A stretch of DNA of 51,733 bases from an uncultured Roseicyclus sp. GTDB lineage: Bacteria; Pseudomonadota; Alphaproteobacteria; Rhodobacterales; Rhodobacteraceae. Made by a program: the position numbers and the translations under genes. Location of the stretch: NCBI GenBank assembly GCA_964525355.1, contig CAZGHJ010000001.1, positions 1 through 51,733 on the forward strand. The letters run 5' to 3'. The notes under the pieces are model-generated. The model made no database searches and was not told the origin of the DNA. It worked only from the letters and a program-made list of their open reading frames with translations. Below are positions 37,810-47,467 of the stretch, piece after piece (within the stretch, counting starts at the first letter, position 1; every line of letters starts with the position of its first letter).

Positions 37810-38502
37810 TCAGTCCCCGCAGCGCGTGCGTGTCTCGGCGCCGTGCCCGCGTCGTTGCCCGTCTCGCTGCGCCTGGCGCGCCATGATGCGGGCGACCTCC
37901 GCATCGTCGACCTGTGCGAAATCGTCGTAATGCAGGCCCACGGCCCGGAAGGGCACAGGGCGTTCGAGGCAGATCACGCTGTCGCACTCCGCCTCGATCT
38001 GCCCGATCGTTTCCGCCGGCCCCACGGGCACCGCCACGATCAGGCGCGCGGGCTGCGCGTCGCGGATCAGGCGCAGCGCGGCACGCAGCGTGGCGCCCGT
38101 CGCGACGCCGTCATCGACGACCACCACACTCCGCCCCCGCAGCGGCTCGGACGCACGCCCGCCGAGATAGAGCGCGCGGCGGCGGTGGATCTCGGGCAAT
38201 TCGCGTTCGGCGAGCCTGCGGATCTCGGCCGCGTCGATGCCCGCCATCCGGGCCACGTCCTCGTTCACGGTGATCCTCGGTTCGTCCCCGTCGGTGACCG
38301 CGGCGAGCGCCAGTTCCGGCTGGCCCGGCAGGCCCACCTTGCGCACCAGCGCGATGTCGAGCGGGGCGCCGAGCGCGTCGCAGATGACCTCCGCGACGGG
38401 CAGGCCGCCCCGTGGAAGCGCCACGATCACCGTCCGCTCGGGGTCGAGCGGCGGCAGCGCGGCCATGAGCTTGCGTCCCGCGTCCCGTCGATCCGTGAAC
38501 AT
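37810..38502 (-). CDS. Phosphoribosyltransferase family protein (Rv0571c/Rv2030c-type)
   Basis: MFTDRRDAG, ALPRGG, VRKVGLPGQPELA, VVVDDGVATGAT, AVGLHYDDFAQV. Confidence 0.9.
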   Translation of the reverse strand: MFTDRRDAGRKLMAALPPLDPERTVIVALPRGGLPVAEVICDALGAPLDIALVRKVGLPGQPELALAAVTDGDEPRITVNEDVARMAGIDAAEIRRLAERELPEIHRRRALYLGGRASEPLRGRSVVVVDDGVATGATLRAALRLIRDAQPARLIVAVPVGPAETIGQIEAECDSVICLERPVPFRAVGLHYDDFAQVDDAEVARIMARQAQRDGQRRGHGAETRTRCGD

Positions 38503-38563
38503 GCCGGCCCTCCGCTTTCCGTCTGCGTTCCGCGCAGCATGCCTCGGTGGCCGGACGCGGTCC

Positions 38564-38611
38564 TTGAGCGCGATCAATCCCGGGGTCGTCTGCGGGCTTG
38601 ATACCGATCAT
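38564..38611. promoter_or_regulatory. Two FNR-type boxes between the divergent PRTase and kinase genes
   Basis: TTGAG-cgcg-ATCAA (38564-38577) and TTGAT-accg-ATCAT (38598-38611); CAGACT 21 nt after the second. Confidence 0.7.
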
Positions 38612-38664
38612 TGTGGCGCGGATCCTGCTGCGCAGACTGACGCAGCAGCAACCCCGGGGGGCAC

Positions 38665-40179
38665 ATGAGCCAATCGCAGACCGTCGCCTTCCTCGCCTCC
38701 GGCGCCGCCTTTCCCTGCGGCGGGCCGGTCGAGGTGATCGAGACGCACGGCGCCTACGTGTTCCTCGCCGGCGACACGGCGCTGAAGCTGAAGCGGGCCG
38801 TCACCTACGATTACATGGACCTGGGCAGCGTCGCGCAGCGCAAGGCCATGATCGCGCGTGAACTGGAACTCAACCGGCCCTCGGCGCCGCAGATCTATCG
38901 CGACATGCTGCCGGTCACGCAAAACGCGCAGGGCTTCGCGCTGGACGGCACGGGCGAGGTCGTGGACTGGGTCCTGCGGATGTGGCGCTTTCCGGCGGAG
39001 GCCGAGTTGACGCGGATCGCGGCGTCAGGCGCGCTCGATGACCGGCTCGCGACCGGGATCGGAACGGCGATCGCGGAGTACCACGCCCGCGCGCCGGTGA
39101 TCCGCCGCTCCGGCCGGGACCTGATGGCGGAGATCCTCGCCGAGCTGGACCGCGTCCTGGGCGCGTTTTCCGGTGCCGCGGGCACGGCGCGTATCGCGCA
39201 GTGGCGGCAGGCGGCGACGGCACGGCTCGTGGCGGTGGGGCCGCCCCTCGACGCCCGCGGCGCGGCGGGGCACGTGCGCCGCGCCCATGGCGATCTGCAC
39301 CTGCGCAACATCGTCGTGCTCGAGGGCGCCCCCGTGCTCTACGACGCGCTGGAATTCGACGAGACGCTGGGCACCTGCGACGTGCTTTACGACGTCGCGT
39401 TCCTGGTGATGGACCTGTGCCACCGGGGGCTGCGCCGGCAGGCCTGCCGGGTGCTCGACGCCTGGCTGCGCGCGGCGCGGGGCCGGGAGGATGCGGGCCT
39501 CGTCGCGCTGCCTCTCTTCCTGTCGGTGCGCGCCGCGATCCGGGCCATGGTGCTTCTGCAGACCGATGCGGCACGCGGACAGCCCGGCCGCTCGGCCGAG
39601 GAGGTGGCGGCCTATCTCGACCTCGCCTGCGGGGTGCTGGAACCCGCGCCACCCCGCCTCGTCGCGATCGGCGGGCTTTCGGGCAGTGGCAAGAGCGTGC
39701 TGGCCCGCGATCTTGCCCCGAGCCTCGGTGCGTGGCCGGGCGCGGTCCTGCTGAGTTCGGACGCCGAGCGGAAGGCGGGCCGAGATGCGCAGACGCGGCT
39801 CGACCCCGCAGCCTATGCGCCGGAGCGGCGGGACGCGGTCTATCGCGCCATGTTCCAGCGGGCGGAGACGCTTCTGGCGGCGGGCCAGTCGGTGATGCTC
39901 GACGCCACCTTCATCGACCCGCGCCTGCGGATGGCGGCCGAGGACGTGGCGCACCGCGCCGCCGTACCGTTCCACGGGCTGTGGCTGGAGGCACCCGCGC
40001 CCGTGCTGGAGGCGCGCGTGCGGGCCCGGCGGGGCGATGCCTCGGACGCCGATGCGGATGTCCTGCGGCGCCAGCTGGCGCGGGATGTCGGCAGCCTCGG
40101 CTGGCACCGCCTGGATGCCGATGCGACGCCCGAGGCGGTGGCCGCGGCCGCGCGGCGCTTGCCCGCCTTCGCCGGGTAG
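38665..40179 (+). CDS. APH-like kinase fused to a P-loop (AAA_33) kinase (Rv2004c-like)
   Basis: IETHGAYVFL..KLKR, HGDLHLRNI, DALEF, DVLYDVAFLVMDL; GGLSGSGKS; LDATF; DASDA. Confidence 0.9.
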   Translation: MSQSQTVAFLASGAAFPCGGPVEVIETHGAYVFLAGDTALKLKRAVTYDYMDLGSVAQRKAMIARELELNRPSAPQIYRDMLPVTQNAQGFALDGTGEVVDWVLRMWRFPAEAELTRIAASGALDDRLATGIGTAIAEYHARAPVIRRSGRDLMAEILAELDRVLGAFSGAAGTARIAQWRQAATARLVAVGPPLDARGAAGHVRRAHGDLHLRNIVVLEGAPVLYDALEFDETLGTCDVLYDVAFLVMDLCHRGLRRQACRVLDAWLRAARGREDAGLVALPLFLSVRAAIRAMVLLQTDAARGQPGRSAEEVAAYLDLACGVLEPAPPRLVAIGGLSGSGKSVLARDLAPSLGAWPGAVLLSSDAERKAGRDAQTRLDPAAYAPERRDAVYRAMFQRAETLLAAGQSVMLDATFIDPRLRMAAEDVAHRAAVPFHGLWLEAPAPVLEARVRARRGDASDADADVLRRQLARDVGSLGWHRLDADATPEAVAAAARRLPAFAG

Positions 40180-40275
40180 GGCCGGCTCCGCGCGGCCTCC
40201 GTCCTCGCCTCGGTTGTCCATCCGGGCGGGGCCGGGGCGCAGTCACCGCGCCCCGGTCCGTCCGCTGCCGTGGTG

Positions 40276-40446
40276 TCAGCCGGGCGGCATGCAGTTCGAG
40301 TGCCCGAGGTCGTGAACCGGGTCGTCCGGGGAACAGGGCGCCCCCGAAACCGGGTAGGACGCGCCGCCCGCCCCCGGATCCGGCTCCTCGCAGGCCGCGA
40401 CGAGCCACATGATCGCGAAGATCGTGCAGAATGTGAAAGGACGCAT
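40276..40446 (-). CDS. Small putative lipoprotein (56 aa)
   Basis: GGAGG RBS; lipobox LVAAC; YPVSGAPCSPDDPV..C. Confidence 0.55.
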   Translation of the reverse strand: MRPFTFCTIFAIMWLVAACEEPDPGAGGASYPVSGAPCSPDDPVHDLGHSNCMPPG

Positions 40447-40648
40447 GGTCAGGCCTCCGTCTTGCCGAGGTGCATGTCCGGTCGCCGCGAGGCCCCGAGG
40501 GTCGCGCAACATGCGACACCGGCCGCCCATTGCGCGACCCGGCGCCCAGATACCGGGAGATCGCGCAAGCCGCGGCCGGACCGAGGGGCCACGGCCCGAG
40601 CGCTCCGCCCGCCGCGAGCGTCCGCCTCCGGCCGGGCGCGGGCGGTCG

Positions 40649-41065
40649 TCATTGCTGGATCGACTCCAGGTACCTCGCCAGCGACAGGACGCGCCCCCGC
40701 ACCACGATTTCGGCGGCGTAGGGCCCGTCCGCGATGGCGCTGGCCATGAAACGGTCCCCCCATACCGGCATGGCGGTGCCATGCGGCCCGACCCCCGTCC
40801 GGCCGTCGATCACCTGGATCACCCCGAGAAGCGGAAACACCCCGTCGTTCTCGGCCGCGAGTGTCGTCAGGTTGGGCGTTTCGATATTGAGGTACCGGGT
40901 CATCGGTCCGTTGCCCATCGCGCTCTCGCCGTGGCAGGACGCACAGGCGACCATGTATTCCTGCTGGCCGGTCTCGTCTGCGAAGGCAGAGCTTGCCAGG
41001 CCAAGCGCCGTTCCGAGTGCGGCAGACGCGGTGAGAAGTCGAAGAAGGCTGTTCCATGTGCGCAT
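40649..41065 (-). CDS. Monoheme cytochrome c
   Basis: Signal peptide; CASCH; IDGR..HGTAMPVWG. Confidence 0.88.
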   Translation of the reverse strand: MRTWNSLLRLLTASAALGTALGLASSAFADETGQQEYMVACASCHGESAMGNGPMTRYLNIETPNLTTLAAENDGVFPLLGVIQVIDGRTGVGPHGTAMPVWGDRFMASAIADGPYAAEIVVRGRVLSLARYLESIQQ

Positions 41066-41138
41066 GGCGATCTCCATCGTTGCAAGAGCGGGACATCTCG
41101 TCCCGCAGCGATGGTCGGTGCCCGCGAGGGGGACCGCA

Positions 41139-41152
41139 TTGACGGCGAACAA
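41139..41152 (-). promoter_or_regulatory. FNR-type box upstream of the cytochrome c gene
   Basis: TTGAC-ggcg-AACAA, 74 bp before the start. Confidence 0.55.
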
Positions 41153-41917
41153 TCCGGGGGGGCACGTCATCTGCGGGATGTGCGGGCGGCTCGGCAGCCA
41201 TGGAACAGCGTGCGACGGGCCAGTCGTGGCGGGGCCATCTGCGACCTGCGCCGCCGCCGGCCGGGTCACGCCAGCGGCCAGAGGCGGGGGCAGCTTTCTG
41301 CCGATGCGCCTGGCCGCGCGGCCCTGTCCTGCGCCGGCATGTCCGGTGGCACTCAGGCCCCGGCAAGCCACGCCGGTGACGCAGGCAGACCACAGTCCCC
41401 TCGCCGCACAAGGCCTCTGCGCTCAGGCCATGCCCGCCACTTCCGTCGCCTTGGCACCACCGTTTTCCACGTTGCGAAGACCGGACGCGTGGTGCGCCGG
41501 CGACGCTCCATGCGCCGATCTGCGCGAAACGTCAGGTGCGCCCGCGGGACATGCCGGCCGATCCCGAAAGGCCCGGTCGCCTGCATCCCGCGGATGCACG
41601 AGCCGGCCCGGTCTTTCACACCGGCAAGAATGCGCGCCATGGAACGCCCGTGAGCCCCGCGGAGCCCGATTGCGTGCCTGGCGCGCGTGACGGAGATGGG
41701 CTCGCGCATCCTGTTCGCGGCCGTCGCGTGTAACGGGCAGGGCGCGGATGCGTGGCGTTGACCCCGGAAGCGATGTCGGGTCGCCCTCACGGGCGGGACA
41801 TCCGCGGGTGCCGCACCGCTCTCCCATCGACGCAGGAACAGGACGCCGGCGGCCCGGGTGGCGCCGGCGCTCCGGTTGCAGGCCGTGTTCCGACCGGCGG
41901 AGCGGCCTTTGGTCCGA

Positions 41918-42523
41918 CTAGCTGCGCGACGGGAAGATGCCCTGGACCGCGATGCACCAGATCACGACGTTGAAGGGGGGCATGTTGTTCACCGCCTGGC
42001 CACCCCCGGTATTGCCGATCGCGCCCGCCGCCATCGCCGCGTCCGCCGATCCGCTGGCATAGGAGGAGTCGCGTCCGGTGGTGGCCGGCAGGTTGCCCGC
42101 CGGGCTTGGCGTGTTGGCCGCCGCGCTCGTGCCGTTCAGCGTGTGGCCATGCGCGGGCAACTGGTCGACCGTGAGCGTGTTGGTCTCGGTTCCGCCCTGC
42201 TGACCCTGCTGGCGGGGCGAGAGGCCCGGACCTGCCCCCGGATGCATGGCGAACCGCCCGCGCATGTCGGGCAGGCCGAAGGTCGTGCGGCCGTCGCCGC
42301 CATATTGCGTGCCCAGAAGGGAAAAGAGGGCGCTGTTCTGGGCGATGGACAGCAACTGGCCGTCCAGCGGCGCCGAATTGCGCGGACAGAAGTTCCAGCC
42401 GCCCATGAAGATCTCGCCGATATACTTCTCCTGCGCATCCGCCGCGGTGGGGGCCGTGACGGCGGCGGCCAGTGCCACCGCGGCCATGGCGTATGTCGAT
42501 TTCAGGGTCTTGAGCATGGTCAT
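41918..42523 (-). CDS. Phage tail collar domain (MdpB-like) protein with a Sec signal peptide
   Basis: YIGEI..NFCPR..DGQLLSIAQNSALFSLLGTQYGGDGRTTFGLPDMRGR..CIAVQGIFPSRS; Ala-rich signal ending ADA-Q. Confidence 0.88.
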   Translation of the reverse strand: MTMLKTLKSTYAMAAVALAAAVTAPTAADAQEKYIGEIFMGGWNFCPRNSAPLDGQLLSIAQNSALFSLLGTQYGGDGRTTFGLPDMRGRFAMHPGAGPGLSPRQQGQQGGTETNTLTVDQLPAHGHTLNGTSAAANTPSPAGNLPATTGRDSSYASGSADAAMAAGAIGNTGGGQAVNNMPPFNVVIWCIAVQGIFPSRS

Positions 42524-42864
42524 GCCGTCCTTTGGGCTGCGCGTCCCATGGGACACGGGGGGAGTTTCGCGGGGCTTCTGCCCCGCGGCGGGTAAACGGT
42601 CAGGTCAACCTGACCGTCGTCATGCGGGCCGCGTGCGGCAGGGCCCGGCGGGAGCCGGGACGCAGGCACCGGGCGGTCGCCGTCAAGCGCGGCGTCATCG
42701 AGGCCATCGCGGTCGCCGACACGGAAGGTGCCGACCACCGAATTCTCCTGCACCGGCGTGGCGGCGGCCACGAGATGGGACTGGGGTGCCGCCTGCGCGA
42801 GCGGCGCTGCAATGAGGATCGTCGCCAGGATGACCGGGCCGGCAAGCCGAAGGCGAAGCGGCAT
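42520..42864 (-). CDS. Hypothetical exported protein (possibly degenerate)
   Basis: Signal-peptide-like N-terminus; its stop overlaps the ATG of the tail collar gene (ATGA). Confidence 0.35.
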   Translation of the reverse strand: MPLRLRLAGPVILATILIAAPLAQAAPQSHLVAAATPVQENSVVGTFRVGDRDGLDDAALDGDRPVPASRLPPGPAARGPHDDGQVDLTVYPPRGRSPAKLPPCPMGRAAQRTA

Positions 42865-43562
42865 CGAAAAATCCAGTCCTGTTGGGCGCGACACGGGTAC
42901 GGTCACATTTCCCTGCTGATTAATCAAACTTTTTCATGGGAAGGGGGGGCGTGCCGGGCCGCATCCGGCCGGCCCGGGTCGGGGCGCGGGCCATCCGGTA
43001 CGGACGGGCAGCCGAAGCGGTTGGCCGAAACGCGGGCGGTCGCGATGGAGATGGGCGCAACGCGCGCAAGATCCCCGGACGGGTGACGCGCGCGTCGGAT
43101 CGCTCCGGTCATGGGTCGTGCAAGGCAGGTGGTGGCCGTTTTGCGGGCATCTCCGGGCAGGGGATGGCACGGCGCGCGGCACGCCACCCCTGCTTCGGTG
43201 GTCCTGCATATCGCGCTGCATCTTGCACGTGGTTTCGAAGGGAAAATCGAAAACACGGCAGGACTGGACGCGCCTCGACCGACCGGGACAGGAAAAAACC
43301 GGAAAAGTTTTGCTTCCGAGTCAAGGCTCTGTCCGTGTCAACCCGGACGCGGCGGTTGATCTGACGCGTTCTCCCCCGATGCTAATTAGGCGAAGCGCGC
43401 CACCGGCCGGAAAGGCCGTCGACCGGGTGCGTTGGCCATGCGCCGCAACCGCGGCGTGACCCCCGCAGCGGCGCCGCCCCCGGCGGTGCGCGCGGGCGGC
43501 GAGAAAATCAACCAGCGTCGATCAGAGTTTTGATCCACGACGTCAGACAGACAGGAGGTCCC

Positions 43563-44558
43563 ATGACCCGTATTGCCACGATCCTTGGTGCCACAGCACT
43601 CTCGGCCCCTCTCATGGTTGCCATGCCCGACATGGGCCACGCACAGGACCAGTGTGGCGAGGTATCCATCACCGAAATGAACTGGGCGTCCGCGCAGGTC
43701 GTGACGGCAACCGCCGCCTTCCTGATGGAAAACGGCTATGGCTGCGAGGTCGCGGTCGTGCCGTCGGACACGGTGCCGGCCGTGACCTCGGTTTCGGAAA
43801 ATGGCGAGCCCGACATCGTCACCGAACTGTGGCTGAACTCCACCGGCGCGGCCTATCAGCGCCTCGAGGAGCAGGGCCGCGTCGAGCGCGTCAACGAAGT
43901 GCTCGAGCCGGGCGGTGTCGAGGGCTGGTGGATCCCCACCTACCTCGCCGAGGAGCATCCCGAACTGACCACCATCGAAGGCATTCTCGAGAACCCCGAC
44001 CTCGTGGGCGGGACGTTCAACAACTGCCCCGACGGCTGGGGCTGCCGGATCGTGAATGACAACCTGATCCGCGCCATGGACCTCGAAAGCAGCGGTCTGG
44101 AGGTGTTCAACCATGGCTCGGGCGAGACGCTGTCGACGTCCATGGCCTCGGCCTACCAGAACCAGGAGCCGTGGCTCGGCTACTACTGGGGTCCGACCGT
44201 GCCGCTCGGTCAATACGACATGACCCGCGTGGATCTGGGCGGTGTGGACATGGATGTCCATGCCAACAACCAGAACCCCGACGCACCGAATCCGGGCGTG
44301 TCGGACTTCCCGGCCGCGCCGATCCTGACCTCGGTGACGAGCGATCTGGCCGAGCGTGAACCCCAGATCGTCGAGTTCCTGTCCAACATGGAATGGGAAA
44401 CGGGCACCATGAGCGCGCTTCTGGCCTGGCAGGCGGATAACAACGCCAGCGCGGAAGAGACGGCCGTCTACTTCCTGCGCAACTACCAGGACACCTGGAG
44501 CGCATGGCTGAACGACGCCGCGCGCGAGAACCTCTCCGCCCTCATCAACCAGGGCTGA
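43563..44558 (+). CDS. Glycine betaine/proline-family ABC transporter substrate-binding protein
   Basis: CGEVSITEMNWAS, GYGCEV, EGWWIP, CPDGWGC, GYYWGP; AGGAGG RBS. Confidence 0.9.
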   Translation: MTRIATILGATALSAPLMVAMPDMGHAQDQCGEVSITEMNWASAQVVTATAAFLMENGYGCEVAVVPSDTVPAVTSVSENGEPDIVTELWLNSTGAAYQRLEEQGRVERVNEVLEPGGVEGWWIPTYLAEEHPELTTIEGILENPDLVGGTFNNCPDGWGCRIVNDNLIRAMDLESSGLEVFNHGSGETLSTSMASAYQNQEPWLGYYWGPTVPLGQYDMTRVDLGGVDMDVHANNQNPDAPNPGVSDFPAAPILTSVTSDLAEREPQIVEFLSNMEWETGTMSALLAWQADNNASAEETAVYFLRNYQDTWSAWLNDAARENLSALINQG

Positions 44559-44582
44559 CGCATCGTCCTCGATGCCTTTCAC

Positions 44583-44615
44583 GCGAGGCCCGGGCACTCC
44601 GGGCCTCGCATTTCT
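44583..44615 (+). terminator. Intercistronic hairpin after the SBP gene
   Basis: 11-bp stem GCGAGGCCCGG/CCGGGCCTCGC followed by ATTTCT. Confidence 0.55.
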
Positions 44616-44639
44616 CGTTGACGGACGCTGGAGGGGACA

Positions 44640-45677
44640 GTGGCGACATACGATTTCGTTTTCGACTGGCTCGGGTTGAGGGGATGGTGCGGCGAAACCG
44701 CGACAGATGCCTCGGCGCCGATGTCGATGGATGACCTGCTCGCGTCGTCGGGCGGGGCCGAGACCACACCATCGATCTGGGACTTGCCCTTTCCCTCGAT
44801 GGACGCGCTGAACGACGCTTGCGCGGCGTTCCCGCAATCGCGCGAATTGACGGCCGGGCTCGAGGCCGGGTTTCTCGGTGTTAAGGACGCCCTGTCCTAT
44901 GTGCTCGACCCGATCACGCAGCCCTTGTCCTGGGCGCTCGATGGCGCGCTTTACGGTATCCTGAACACGCCCTGGTGGATCGTCATCCCGTTGCTGCTGC
45001 TCATCACCTGGGCGGTCTCGCGCAGCTGGTCGCTCCTGGCCTTCGTGGGCCTGTCGATCGGCGGGCTCGCCTTCATCGACCATTACGACTACGCCATGCA
45101 GACGCTGGCGATCATCTTCGTCTGCGCCTTCATATGCGTGCTGATCGGCGTGCCCATCGGCATCGCCATGTCACGCTCGGACCGGATGCAGAACGCGACG
45201 ATCCCGGTCCTCGACATGCTTCAGACGCTGCCGCCCTTCGTCTACCTGATCCCCCTGATCTTCCTGTTCAGCGTGACCGAGCCGAAGCTCTACGGCATCG
45301 CCATCATCCTTTACGCCATCGTGCCGGTGATCCGTCTGACCAATCTTGGCATCCGCATGGTCGACGGAGCGGTGATCGAGGCGGCCGACGCCTTCGGCAT
45401 GACCGACCGGCAGAAGCTTTACGGCGTGCAGGTGCCGCTGGCGCTGCCCAACATCATGGCGGGCGTGAACCAGACCATCATGATGAGCCTTGCGATGGTG
45501 GTGATCGCCTCGCTCGTCTCGGCGCCGGGGCTGGGCGTGCTGGTCCTGCGCGGCATCCGCAATCTCGAACTGGGCGTGGGGCTGGTCGCGGGGCTGGGGA
45601 TCGTGCTGCTCGCGATCATTCTCGACCGGACGACCAAGGCGTCGCTCGCGCGGATCAACGCACAGCAGAAGGGGTGA
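44640..45677 (+). CDS. ProW-like ABC permease
   Basis: DMLQTLPPFVYLIP, IRLTNLGIR..EAADAFG, NQTIMMSLAMVVIAS. Confidence 0.92.
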   Translation: MATYDFVFDWLGLRGWCGETATDASAPMSMDDLLASSGGAETTPSIWDLPFPSMDALNDACAAFPQSRELTAGLEAGFLGVKDALSYVLDPITQPLSWALDGALYGILNTPWWIVIPLLLLITWAVSRSWSLLAFVGLSIGGLAFIDHYDYAMQTLAIIFVCAFICVLIGVPIGIAMSRSDRMQNATIPVLDMLQTLPPFVYLIPLIFLFSVTEPKLYGIAIILYAIVPVIRLTNLGIRMVDGAVIEAADAFGMTDRQKLYGVQVPLALPNIMAGVNQTIMMSLAMVVIASLVSAPGLGVLVLRGIRNLELGVGLVAGLGIVLLAIILDRTTKASLARINAQQKG

Positions 45678-45684
45678 GCGCGTG

Positions 45685-46758
45685 ATGAAACGGAAAAGAG
45701 ACAGCAAGCCGACCAAGATCGAGATCCGGAACCTCTACAAGATCTTCGGCGGCAACCCGCAGCGCGCGCTCGACCTGGTCGAGGGCGGCATGGGCAAGCG
45801 CGAGCTGTTCGAGGCGGAAGGCCACGTCCTCGGCCTGCGGGACATCGATATCGACATCAAGGAAGGCGACATCACCGTCATCATGGGCCTGTCCGGGTCG
45901 GGCAAGTCCACGCTGATCCGCCACCTCAACCGGCTGATCGAACCGACCGCCGGCGAGATCCTCTTCGACGGGGAGGACATCCTGGCCTATGGCGCCGACG
46001 ATCTGCGGAAGATGCGGCGCGAGCGCATGTCGATGGTGTTCCAGAACTTCGCCCTTCTGCCGCACAGGACCGTGCGCGAGAACGCCGCGCTGGCGCTCGC
46101 GGTACGCGGCGTGGCCCAGGAGGAGCGCGACCGCGAGGCCGACAAGTGGCTCGACCGCGTGGGTCTCGGCGGGCAGGGGGACCAGTACCCGTCCGCGCTC
46201 TCGGGCGGCATGCAGCAGCGCGTGGGCCTTGCACGCGCGCTGACCTCGAACGCGCCGGTGATGCTGATGGACGAGGCCTTTTCGGCGCTCGACCCGCTGA
46301 TCCGCACGGACATGCAGGACCTGCTGCTCGAGTTGCAGGAGGAGCTGGCCAAGACCGTCATCTTCATCAGCCACGACCTCGACGAGGCGCTGAAACTGGC
46401 CGATCACCTCGTGATCCTGAAGGACGGCTACGTGGTCCAGCAGGACGAGCCGCAGGCCATTCTCCTCGATCCCAGGGACGATTACGTCGTGGATTTCATC
46501 TCGGACATCAATCGCGCGCGGGTGCTGCGCACGCGGTCGGTGATGCGCGAGATCGAGGGCCCGGCGCCGAACGTGACGGCCGAGGTCGACGTCGAGGATA
46601 CGCTGGAGGACTTGCTGCGCCTGACCGGCGGCGACGTGGGGCAGCGGTTCCTCGTCAAGGATGGCGGCAAGGCCGTCGGGCTGCTCGACATGACGGATCT
46701 GGTGAAGGCGCTGGCCCCGACCGAGGGCGCGGGAAGCGAGGCGCGCAAGACCGCCTGA
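45685..46758 (+). CDS. ProV-like ABC ATP-binding protein
   Basis: GLSGSGKS, LSGGMQQRVG, MDEAFSALDPLIR, HDLDEA. Confidence 0.95.
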   Translation: MKRKRDSKPTKIEIRNLYKIFGGNPQRALDLVEGGMGKRELFEAEGHVLGLRDIDIDIKEGDITVIMGLSGSGKSTLIRHLNRLIEPTAGEILFDGEDILAYGADDLRKMRRERMSMVFQNFALLPHRTVRENAALALAVRGVAQEERDREADKWLDRVGLGGQGDQYPSALSGGMQQRVGLARALTSNAPVMLMDEAFSALDPLIRTDMQDLLLELQEELAKTVIFISHDLDEALKLADHLVILKDGYVVQQDEPQAILLDPRDDYVVDFISDINRARVLRTRSVMREIEGPAPNVTAEVDVEDTLEDLLRLTGGDVGQRFLVKDGGKAVGLLDMTDLVKALAPTEGAGSEARKTA

Positions 46759-46843
46759 CGGCCCGCCTGCTGCGGCGCCGAGGGGCCTGCATCGCTGGCC
46801 CGGAAGGGCCGGCGCTGTGCGATGCGGTCCGGTGCTTGGCGGC

Positions 46844-47467
46844 CTACACCGCGCCGCGCGCGCCCCGCCATGTCAGGAGCGCGCAGGAGGCGCCCGCAAG
46901 AAAACCGCCCAGATGCGCCTGCCAGGCGACCGCACCGCCCGCAAGAACGGTGAGCGCGACGTTGAGGCCGAGAAGCGCGACGGCGTGGCCGAAATAGGGT
47001 TTCAGGCTCTGGCCCCGCGCGTGCCGGTCCAGCACGATCCAGACCGCGACCGTGCCAAGGAGGCCGAACAGGACGCCCGAGGCACCGACCATCGGCACGT
47101 TCGATCCCGCCATCAGGGTGTAGAGCGCCCCCGCGCCCAGCGCCGACAGGCCCGCGATCGGCCAGAAGCCCCGCTCGCCCACGCGTGCCACGACGATCGG
47201 CCCGAGCCAGAGCAGGCCCACCATGTTCATCGCAAGGTGAAGCGGACCGCCATGCAGCACGGCGCTGGTCCCGAACATGGCGACGGCCTGCCCGGGATAG
47301 AGCGGCGCCACCGCGCCGAGCAGGCCCGGCCAGAAGCCTCCGAAGGTGATCAGGAGGTTGCGCAGGCTCTCACCCAGCCCGGCGACCTGGCCGCCGAGCG
47401 CCGCCAGTTCGAGGAAGATGCAGATCAGCGCGAACTGGCGCACGGGCGCTGGAAGCGTGTCGGTCAT
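46844..47467 (-). CDS. Rhomboid family intramembrane serine protease
   Basis: HGGPLHLAMNM, VGASG, AHLGG. Confidence 0.92.
   Translation of the reverse strand: MTDTLPAPVRQFALICIFLELAALGGQVAGLGESLRNLLITFGGFWPGLLGAVAPLYPGQAVAMFGTSAVLHGGPLHLAMNMVGLLWLGPIVVARVGERGFWPIAGLSALGAGALYTLMAGSNVPMVGASGVLFGLLGTVAVWIVLDRHARGQSLKPYFGHAVALLGLNVALTVLAGGAVAWQAHLGGFLAGASCALLTWRGARGAV

Noticed and set aside
38665-40179. Aminoglycoside resistance gene
   Set aside because: APH-like fold fused to a P-loop kinase is the Rv2004c-type stress family; the context is a hypoxia island, not resistance.
41160-41900. ORFs in the gap between cytochrome c and the tail-collar gene
   Set aside because: Several overlapping Arg/Pro-rich frames without an RBS or motifs; none is credible.
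41918-42523. Prophage or tailocin
   Set aside because: Only one tail-collar gene; no terminase, capsid, sheath, integrase or lysis genes.
43563-46758. Assignment as the TMAO transporter TmoXWV or another specific substrate
   Set aside because: Motifs only support the general ProU/betaine family; substrate cannot be determined from sequence by eye.
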